In this document: in pieces, positions 11,332 through 21,809 of the stretch
Layout: every line of letters starts with the position of its first letter
Position numbering within the stretch: position 1 is the first letter of the stretch
Origin: Ophelia neglecta
Taxonomy: Eukaryota
Direction of reading: 5' to 3'
Length of the DNA stretch: 64,000 nt
NCBI GenBank assembly: GCA_965285935.1
Contig: OZ260663.1
Location: 79,608,001 to 79,672,000, forward strand
Translations under genes and position numbers: made by a program
The notes under the pieces: model-generated
Seen by the model: only the letters and a program-made list of their open reading frames with translations
Database searches by the model: none
What the model was told of the DNA's origin: nothing

Positions 11332-12336
11332 CTACTCTCTTTACCAGTAACCCCCCCCCCCACATCCGGGTCACTTTTATTTTATCAGTTTAGATCATAA
11401 AAGTGATTGAGGTCATTATGCTTTTTAATTAATTTAAAAAAAAGCTGACCGTTGGATAGAAAGAGCCGGTGCAACAAGGAGAAATGGGGGCTGTTTAATA
11501 TTGTTTACCGGTAAGGTTAGGAGTGTTGCATGTTGTACACCAAAAGGGTGCTGCTGGCTCACTTGTGTCATTATCTAGATAGGATCACCAACGCCTCGGC
11601 CATGGATCCGCCTGGTTGCATTTGCGTCGTGCCTTAATATGGCCTTTTTGTGGCCTCTGTGCAATGAAGTGATCGATACCGCCCACGACCTGCCACAAAA
11701 TTAACCTCGCTGCCGGTGAACGAAAGATAAATTGATTTCAAGTTACCGAGGACTGTCATTACGATGGAGCTTATGGCCGTTATCATGAGTGACCAATACA
11801 AATGTCCCTGTAGAGTGTAATCCTAATTTATGAGGATAAGTCACTTGAAGGTACGCGATTTCCTAAGACTAGGCTTTCCTGAGGTTCGTTGATATCACTT
11901 CCCACGGCTTTAAACGGCGAAAGCTAATGCAAGGGCGATAGCTTTGTCCCCTTGTTATCGGTTAATTACACCATAGAAATATATTATGTCAAATTGTATG
12001 TAAAACCAGTTTACGTAATATATACAAAGCTTAAAATTACTCATATAACACTGCGGTGTTTTACTAGAAGTTAATCATTTGATAACCAGGCTTCATTTAT
12101 TATATAAGATATCTGATGGCGGCCGTACAAGTAGGATTTTGTCCTGGACATAGCAACCTATTCGCTTGAGGTGTATAGTAGAAGTTTTCTACACTTTATT
12201 ATACTGTAAGTAGGAAAACTTTTGCACGGCATTGTGAAATCACGAACGTTAACGTTGGAACTAAACAACACGTTCTGATCCTGCTGAGTATACACAGGTT
12301 GATTGCTTCTAAAATCGAATGGGCAGAGTGCGATTA

Positions 12337-12440
12337 ACTATCTAACATGTTTATCATTTATAAGGTATACTACTATCTAACATGTTTATCATTTATAAGG
12401 TATACTATTATCTAACATGTTTATCATTTATAAGGTATAC
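12337..12440. repeat. Minisatellite, 3 x 35 bp
   Basis: Unit actatctaacatgtttatcatttataaggtatact, nearly perfect copies. Confidence 0.95.
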
Positions 12441-12739
12441 CTGTTTTGGTCAAGGTGTCATATAAATGTGTACAATAACGACATTAGATAAATAAAGTAT
12501 GTCATAGCAGATAATTCACATATTAATATTAAACGAAAAAGTTGTTTGCCATATCATTTATTCGGCAATCAGCTACATTTTACGCCGCTGTACGTGTTTC
12601 CAATTGGTCCACAACGAAGGGAAAACTAATTGTAGCAAGGTTTTCCACTTTAAACTTGGTAATTGATTATATGTATCTGGGAAACCGCAGATAGAAATAT
12701 GTGACTTTTACATTCCAAGGTTTCAGTACGAGCCCATAA

Positions 12740-13170
12740 ATCTTTCTAGGAGAATTTAGGTCTGACTTTGATCAACTGGCGAAGTGATGACATGTCTCGG
12801 CGGAGATAACTTGGCAACATATAGCCATTTGAAACTCTGGAATTTAATGCAACAAGCAGTCATATAATTTTAGGAATAAAAGGCAAATAATTTGATAGAA
12901 TAAACAAGGTCGGATGTGTGAAAGAAAGAGCTTTGTTCTAAAAATAAACGCCAGTGTTAAAGGTAAAAATGATAAAAGGAAATGTCATCATCAAAACCCA
13001 TGATACTTGGTACATCGCTTGCTTTGCAACTTGTAAAAACTATAGTTGCGCTTGTGGGCAAGACAAATTGAGTTTTTTGATAACTCTGGGGCCCCTTACA
13101 GGCGAGATCAGAGATTAAGACCATTGATTGGATCTAAGCCGATCAGTGTCATACCAGTTTTCTGGTACGT
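12740..13170 (+). repeat. ~430-bp module, copy 1 of 3
   Basis: Shares GTCTGACTTTGATCA, ACATGTCTC, GTCGG, ATGTC.TC.TCAA and TTTGC.AC.TGT.AAAA in order with 13210-13590 and 20480-20900. Confidence 0.85.
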
Positions 13171-13209
13171 CCTAGGTATATATGTATATATATATTTCAA
13201 GGTTTCAAT

Positions 13210-13590
13210 AATGGCTATGAATATTCCTCAGAGAGTTCAAGTCTGACTTTGATCATTTACCTTTGTGATTGATGACATGTCTCTGTGCATAAAGCTATAG
13301 GCTCCATAAAGACCGGGACGCTACAAGAATGCTGTTTTAAGAATAGGCGGCAACTATTTGATGAAATAAACAATGTCGGGTCTAAAAGAGATGGAGTTCA
13401 GTTCTAACAATAAATACCAGTGTTAACAGAAAATATAAATGAAATGTCATCGTCAAGTAATTGGTACTATTCACATCGCTTTCTTTTTGCAACATGTGAA
13501 AATGTAGTGTACTATATGGTTAAGTAGAAAGGAGGTTTCTTGATAACCCTGGGAACACCCCCACGGCTCGACCAGACATTGAGACCAACT
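13210..13590 (+). repeat. Module copy 2 of 3 (local tandem duplicate, 3'-truncated)
   Basis: As above; GTCTGACTTTGATCA at 13241-13255. Confidence 0.85.
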
Positions 13591-16500
13591 TAATCACTTC
13601 ATCCTTCTTTTTAACATGATTAATGACATTTTTAACCTGTCTTTTGTTTTATGTTTTCAAACAAGTTCAATTTATAATTTTTGATTCATTTTCAGAAACA
13701 CGTAGATCTCAAATATGAAAAAGAATAAACTGCGATACTGGGTGTATCACGCCGAAACATAATTTTTCAGAACATTTCACGAGAGCACTACAACAAAGGA
13801 TGGTCACCTTTGGAGTCCTAGGACCCATGTGGACTCGAATATCAGACGTTCCTAATCAGCCTATGTACGATCTAACCAATTTTGTTTCCAGTCTGTCTGT
13901 CTCCACAGCTGAACTGTATTAATGCGGGATGAATCGGGGGTCGTTCTGCAAATAACCAAAATAAGTACTCTGTTCTAATGGCGCTTCTTGCACTTTGACT
14001 GCAGGGGTCAACTCCCGTTTTGAAATTTTATTACTTATTTGCACTTGTAATCCAAATGGGGAATATGTTAAAAATAATAGATTGTTTATACTGGCATATT
14101 TACTTTACTTGGGTGTATAATTTTGTTATGACATGATAAATAACCACGATATGAATTGAACATTGAAATGAATCCAAACCTAATAAATGAAAAATAAGTC
14201 TATATTTGATTACGACCTTTTGATGTTCGCAAAGTCATATATACGAATTCTTATCAGCACCAGACCAGTCGCCAAGGGCCAATAGTTCCACATTCCCTGG
14301 TTTAGGTAATCATCACCCAATTTATCGTCAAGAGTTTTAGAATTGGTTGATCTCTACCAAGAAACTTGCATAGCTTCGGGAACGTGCGGCTGTGACGCAC
14401 CTAAATTATTTTCGCGCCATTCCACATCCGTTTAAACTGTTCTTTTGTAAATCCTCTCTTATTGTATAAGCATTCGTGGAATCTCATTCATGACTCAATA
14501 ACTTAAGCGAGGAACAAGCCACACAAAGCATTGGCGCACCCGAAATATACTGCTCATTTTCCATTTATATATGCAAGTTTTTCTCTTTCCATTTTTTTCA
14601 ATATGTAACATAGTTGGTGTGAACTAGATTATTCACAAATTAAACATAGAGCCGATCTACATGTCCTTCTCGATCCAAGCGTCTTTAATTATTCATCTTC
14701 AATTAGAGCTTTGAAGTATGGTATCATTGGCTCGCCGTTAAATCGTGAACTTGAATCATCTTGATATCTACAGGGTTAGTCTCATGTCCAATTACCTTGT
14801 CTGCGGCGACGAGGAGCATCTGTGGACTTGTTTTAAAGACGTTGTCTTACCTGCTTTTCATAACGTGATACTTTAAGAAGAAGCAAGCTATTTTTCAAAA
14901 CACCAATGAATTGTTCGATCCCCCCCCCCTTTGGTGGGCACTATATATTATGAAAGTTCTGTTGTGTATATGGTAATCGTCGACAGAAATCAATTATAAA
15001 ATTTTACATCCAGTAAGGGGTCGGTATAACCTTAAGCTGTGTTCGGTCGCACTCCGAAGCATCTTTGGTGTGTTGATTTTCCCATAAGTTGTTCTCATGT
15101 GTCTATTAAGCATACTCCCATAGGAGAACATAAGATAAACCCCCGTTCCTGTGTGATGGACAAATATGACGTCCATAGTCAGGCATATTAATTTAAGCAA
15201 CAATAATTAAGTGATTATAATGCCAATAAAATAGCTTATTTAGTTGAATGGTTCGATCACATATGAATGATACAATGTTTATGACACCATCCCAAGCTAG
15301 CAGTCGTGGGCATGGTTGTCTGATATACCTTCCAAAGGTACTAGCTTAGCAAAGTCATTGATCAGCAGAGGAAAAACGTTTGACACGGTTTTGTGTATTA
15401 GACGAAAGTAGACTACAGAAGTGGAGAAAAAGAGAAAGACTTATAGGCCTATATCAATCATTCTGCGAACTAACAAAAACGTGACTAATTTGGTAATTAC
15501 AAATATTTCTTGACATACATGCAATCAAAGGTGTTATCTTAAAATGATTAATACATAAGAAATTCAATTCTAATTGGTGAGCTTATTGCATAAAGCCTGT
15601 TTGTAGAGCAAAACTCATTTTCCCTTTCAAAAAAGTTGGTTGGTAGCTTGTCTACAAACAAACGGATCTTTTTTCTTGCAGTGTTTGGACCCGGCAGTAA
15701 ACCGGTGTTAAGAGGGGTTCATGCGGGTTTTTGGTTTCCAATATATTCCTGATACATCCAGACCAGATCCGTACCCTCTACTCTTTTATTGTATTATTTT
15801 CGTTTTAGCCCATTGAGTACTTTAGTATCAATATGATAAAGACGGAAACATAATTAACTTCAATCGCCATTAAAAGGTTGCTGCGCACTGATACAAGGGG
15901 TCATTGGCGGTTTGGATGAGGCCAACCGGATGGGTCATACGAAATGTCATTTTTTGAAGAGTTTTGTAATATCGTCTACTTATATTATCAAACCTAACAT
16001 GTTTTATTCCAATATTGTCTCACAAATATGGAGGCTTATTGACCAGTGAATGAAATTATGCACTATATGAATAACCCAAACCAGAACTCGCAAAAGTGAC
16101 CATATCTAGTTAGGCTCTGGTCTTTAATTATTTCCTCCAGTTGGTAACGGTGCTCTACAAAATCAAAAGGCTGCATACCTTAAAAAACAGCGAGTCCTCT
16201 GTGTATACTACTAATGAGCCAACCAGTGGGTGTGTCTGTAATAAACATGAATGTGTTTCGACCTCATTTCCTATTTTCTATTTTCAATCGGTCTGATATT
16301 TACCTGTATGCATTGCTGGGTTGTCAGATATAGGTCGCACTAATACATTTTCTGACCATTATTTTCGAGCTTCCTCCAGCTGTCCCTGATACGAACATAC
16401 AGATGTTTTGATTCCCCTTGTTAATTTCTTTGTTTTGACGGATTTCCTGTTGACCCCGTTTAAAGAGGTACGCTGCACGGTCCTTCAATCAGAATAATAA

Positions 16501-19500
16501 AAAAGGGAAATGTGGATAATTATATTGACGCCCAAATTACCCCGGAAGAGCGCAAGAGTACTGCTATCAATTTGAAGTGGTTTATTCGCAACACTCCTTC
16601 TACTTGATTGGCAAAATATTGTTGGCGAATGCAAACGGCATGACGTCACTGCAGCTTCATTTGATAACCTATCTATAAATCTATAAGCGTTGAAAGCCGT
16701 ACAATTATTATAGCCGGGAAAGGCTCTGACGTTATTCTCATGCATTTGTAAATGATTATGAAAAAAAGGTAGTTGCAGCAGATCAACCCGATTTCGGGGA
16801 GTTAAGCTAAGCATGATAATTAGGTCACTAGCCCAATCTGCTTTCACGGGTAAAAGCAAAAGCTAATTTGAGATAAAGTTGTTCCGTGCCGTTTAATCAT
16901 TTGAATGAAAGTTTACTCATTAAAACATGTGTCTAAGATAATTATTTTCAACATCACTCGATGGGAGGAGATGGCTGTGGCCTACGAGAAGCTTTAATGG
17001 AGATACAGGTATGATATTGTGATGATTCATACTCAGGAATTTAATGATGCCCTTTATTAGATGCGGATTAATAAGTTTAAAGCATAAAATTTATTCATTC
17101 GTTAATGATAATCATTTGATGACGCAGGCCAGAACAAAAATGTGGTGACCAGAAGGTTTTAAATAATGATCGATCCGTTTCTGTGGTACTCCTCGTTTCG
17201 AGTGTCGGCCTATAGCAAGCTTAAGTACTTTTCATTTGTGCCCAAAGTAAGATAAATTGCGACTAATTGAAGTTACCAATTCAAAACTGAATGAAACGTT
17301 TTATTTATCAGAGAACCTTTGTCCTAATTTTTTTTAAAGCCAAGGTTATTTCCATGCATAGCAGTAAAGATCCCAGGCTACGCTTGGATTTGGCTAGTGC
17401 ATGGAAGCGTCATTTAGATGCTATGCCAAACTTTCAGCCGAACACAGTAATGCTGTTTAGCCAAGATATATTGATTCGTTGCATCTCTCATTAAAATGGA
17501 TTGGATAGGAAAAGACTAAGATGCGTTTTTTTGTGGGAATGCGCTTAAGGATAATATACATATCACGGCTTGCTCATTTACATGATTACATACACCGTTA
17601 CAGGTTGTAGTATTGCTACCATTTAACCCAGGCATATTAATTCTGTTTGGTTGCTTATCATGTTATTTGACTGGGGCAAGATTAAAGCAAATAGCGACAA
17701 ATTGAGTAAATTCGACTTGATTATGAAAAACGGGCACAACCTGACCTGCATTAGGTATGCGGTCAGCTGTGGCGGCGGAGATTAGATTTTCCATTTGCTT
17801 AATAGCATGCAAGTCGATAGCACTCAAATAATATGCAATATATCCTCCATGAATGCGCTAACTGTATTCATACGCCGTCGATGAGCTTTAACGAAAACAA
17901 TTTCCGCGTTTTAGGATAACGATAATCTTCAGGACCCGTTTTTACTGATGAATATCGGGCAATTTATCCAAACCTGTTTGTATTAGTTTCTGTGATTATG
18001 ACAACACTCCTTACCAGTTTCCTTCTCCGCATTAGGTTCTACTTCAGATAATTTGTCCTGATCATAAAAGTTGATAGAGTTCATTTAGCTTTTAATAAGT
18101 TATGGCTGGCCGATGTAGAACATCACGTGGATGAAACAGATCAGTGTTATGTTGTTTACGGGTAAGGGTAGGAGTTTTCTAAAAAAAACTGTGTTCTAAA
18201 ATCGTCCTCTTTGCTCAATTGTGACATTAGCTGGATAGGATCAGTTACGCCTAAGCCACTCTGCAAGATGAATTTGCGTTGAACCTTTATAAGGCAAGCT
18301 TTGTCGTCTCATTGTTCAGTGAGGTGATCAATACCGCCCACGACCAGCCGCGAAATTAACCCCGCTGCCAATGAACTAAGGACAAAGTGAACACACGCTA
18401 CCGAGCATTGTAGATACGATGGAACTAATATCCAGATTATTATGCGACCAATACAGATGTCTTTGAAGGATGTAATCTCAATTCCTTAACGATTACTCAC
18501 TTGAAATTACAAGTTTTTTTTCTAAAGCGCGGGGTACGTTGGTTTTATGCATGGCATTGATGTCACCCCGACAGCTTTGCGTAACCGGCGAAAACAACAC
18601 TTATTTTCGTCTTTTGTTTTCGCCTTTACACAAAACCCATCGCACTGGGCAGATTTGACATTACTTTCTATTTTTGACCTCGATTGCAAAACCTCTGTCG
18701 CAAAGGTTTTATCAGATTAAAAGAATTCTAATAATATAATATATAATGCAAATAAACGATATCACAACGTTAACATTAATACCATTTGAATAATGCTATT
18801 TGAACAACTTCTAAATATCTACAAGATATCGTATACCTCAGGCCTTTCTGTGAGAAGATGTCGTATCTTCATAACAACATTTAGAATGGGAGCGCGAAAT
18901 ACTGTATGTAAGATATATACTGAAAACAAATCCCAGACACGAAGACGGATATTCAAAATATTTAAATATAAATATACTTTTCCTGATAATTGTTATTGTT
19001 AAACCGTCCCAACCATTTGATTAAGTAGGAGAGACAATCATGCGTTATTTTCTGTACTTCGCCCCTAGATCCTTTTTTATTCCTTTTTTTTTAGAGAAAA
19101 GACCTGACAGAATAGGATCGCTAACCACTGGCTTCAAAGCCAATTAGAAACCAATAACACTATAGATGAGATGACGCTTTGCAGCAACATAAGTCCAATG
19201 TTGGATATTTACACTACTTTTCTCAACGAACGAAATTTATCAATGATTTTTAAACTTCCAATAATGCGATAACAACCTTATTTTTTAACCTTTTTTATCC
19301 TTGTAACTATTGTGTTATATGATAGCAATACAAAAGCACTGATTGATATAACATATATTTATCGAGGAACCAGTTTCGAATGGACAATCAGCTTTTGTCT
19401 AATAAATTTTAAATATATAGGCACGAAAATAAGCATGTACCCCTGGTGCAAGACGCCACCGAATAGACCACATTTAAGGAAGTAAACAGAGCAGTGTCCT

Positions 19501-20337
19501 ATATATTGTCATAAAGAGCTAAAACACCAGGGTATCCATCTGACATCAAATAGGACCACGATGGATTACGATGATTGGATTACTTTGTATCCACCCAACA
19601 AAATAGACTTTATCATTAAATTGGACCTATTCTAAAGATGAAATGATGTCCCTTTTCGGAGTCGCCATGGACACTAGCAATGCCATTCCGCCTTTAATCT
19701 ACATACTAGAGTGTCTTTGAATGCCTTTTGCAGTCCTGTTGTTAAGATCGGCGTGATGTACCGGGGTATATTTGGTCAAATGAATGTCTCTAGGAAAATG
19801 TGCATTCTAGACACGGTTACTACACTAAAAAAGAAAACAGGCTTTAGCGGGAATAAGACTTGGAGCGTGTTCAATATATCAACCCAAGCGGATGCCTGTA
19901 GCTCCGAAAGAGGATGACACGCCTTGAGCGAACGGCTTGATTACATGTTCGGTACTGAAGCTTTGGGGAGTATTATCTGGCACCTTGTTAAGGTGTATAT
20001 TTTTGTCCAATCACAATGGAATTATTTTATTGTATTTTGAGGCATCTTGACTATCTGGGTATTTTTTTTTTATAAAGTTCGCGTCCCACGCTTCATCTTA
20101 AATTTTACTGTCTACTATGTACGAAACTTTTTTTTCATTAATCTAGCCGTAATAATAAAACGTTAAATAAGTAAATAGAAGAAAACTAATTTCCAAATAT
20201 AATTTGAAGCAAGAATTTGTCGAAAGCCGCCCAATAACCTTTTTTTATGCAAAGAACTCGCGTATGGCAGGAGAAAACATCATTGAATTAAAAACTGTAT
20301 ACTTATACGAATACAAATTCAAATACAAAGACATATT

Positions 20338-20342
<5 letters not shown>

Positions 20343-20401
<59 letters not shown>

Positions 20402-20458
20402 CTCTCCCTCCCCATCTGTCTCTCTGTCTCTGTCTATGTCTTTGTCTCTCTCTCTCTA
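20343..20458. repeat. (CT)27 microsatellite with a degenerate CT-rich tail
   Basis: Perfect CT run at 20343-20396. Confidence 0.97.
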
Positions 20459-20479
20459 TTCACTGTTTCAGTACTAGAT

Positions 20480-20900
20480 AAGCTATGAATAGTCCTCAGA
20501 GTATTCAGGTCTCAGGTCTAGGTCTGACTTTGATCATCTGACGACGTGATAACATGTCTCTGTGGAGATAGCTTGTATGTATCCTCATTCGCTACATGTA
20601 GTCCTGATCGAGTCATTTTAGGATACGGCAACTGTTTGATGAAGGTCGGGTGTGTAAGAGATATAGTCCAGTTTTAGCAATAAATACCTGTAAATAAAAA
20701 AAATATGTCGTCCTCAAGTTATCGGTACTAGTCACAACGCTTTCGTTTTGCGACTTGTGAAAATGTAGGACCTGTACTATATTGGTAAATAGCGAGAAGG
20801 TTTTATTAATAACGACCCTCTGAACTCTCGTCGGCTGGGTCAGAGATTAAGACCATTGATTGAATCTAACCTTATCAGTCTAGCACCAGTTTTTCTGACC
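20480..20900 (+). repeat. Module copy 3 of 3 (in duplication copy B)
   Basis: GTCTGACTTTGATCA at 20522-20536. TCAGAGATTAAGACCATTGATTG at 20840-20862 is identical to 13108-13130. Confidence 0.85.
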
Positions 20901-21740
20901 TGGTACTTCCACAGTGTCTGAGCTTAGTACATCATCACACCATTACTAGCACTAATCAAGCCGAAGAAAGTCATTACTGGCTGGCCTGAATGGTTTCATG
21001 TGTAAGCTTCCATTTAGTAGTTCAGTTGCAATCTCGTGTCGACTTTACTTATCTTGCCCTTGGACAGACGTGAGGGCCTCCTTGTTGCCACATGTGCTCG
21101 TTCAGGAAAAACAGAATTAAGAAGTAGTCGCCAAAAGTTGAAAAAAAGGCAGGAAAGTGAATTAAGCGATTATACAGAATTGCCGGATGACAATTGTATT
21201 CGAAGGGCGGTCACAACATGTTGGTATGGCCTGTTGGTACCAAATTGTGACAAACAAAATTTCAGCCTATCGAGGTTCTTCATTCCTTCATACAGGGACA
21301 CCAGATTCGTACATTAGTAACAAGGACGCAGGATATATTCGTCTTTTTTATAATAATAACCAACCATCTATCTTTGTTTTGCGTCGTCAAACAAGATTTA
21401 TTCGTATTTGTCTCTCATGTTGAGAGGCACTTAAAACAAAAAAGCAAATACGAAAAAAAAAGAAATATATAAACGGTTTTTTTTCTTATAGTAGTTCATT
21501 TTTCACAGTAGCAATGCTTTTTGTAAATAATGCGAAGAAAACAAGGTCAGTCAACATGAACGCAACTAACCTTTGTTCCATGGGTGGTATGTTCATACAG
21601 CTAAAATTTACATCATGCGTTGGGTTATCAGTCTTTGAATATTTTATCAATACGAACGGGCTTAGGCATCTATAACTACCCACGGGTGAGTTGATTGTAC
21701 GTTGACTACGTATGTAGTCACAGGAAAATTCAGTCACAAG

Positions 21741-21809
21741 GTTTCGAAAGGAATTCCCAAGAGTGACTTTAGGCAAGAGGTCATCTCACTCTGAATTGCT
21801 TTGTAAAAC
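21741..21809. mobile_element. Degenerate palindromic MITE-like relic
   Basis: Left arm GTTTCGAAAGGAATTC..AGAGTGA versus the reverse complement of the right arm GTTTTACAAAGCAATTCAGAGTGA. Confidence 0.35.

Larger units (their letters stand above)
8614..16740 (+). repeat. Copy A of an old non-coding tandem segmental duplication
   Basis: Same-order, same-strand islands shared with copy B: 8614-8700/17342-17430; 10685-11140/17558-18010; 11340-11980/18010-18630; 12740-13590/20480-20900; 14250-14410/23612-23795; 14680-14840/27835-28010; 16040-16510/31500-31985; 16710-16740/31992-32020. Ends are approximate. Confidence 0.85.

Noticed and set aside
12337-12440. CRISPR-like 35-bp repeats
   Set aside because: Head-to-tail with no spacers, no cas genes, eukaryotic context.
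20204-20488. 94-aa ORF with an SL repeat
   Set aside because: Translation of the (CT)n microsatellite.
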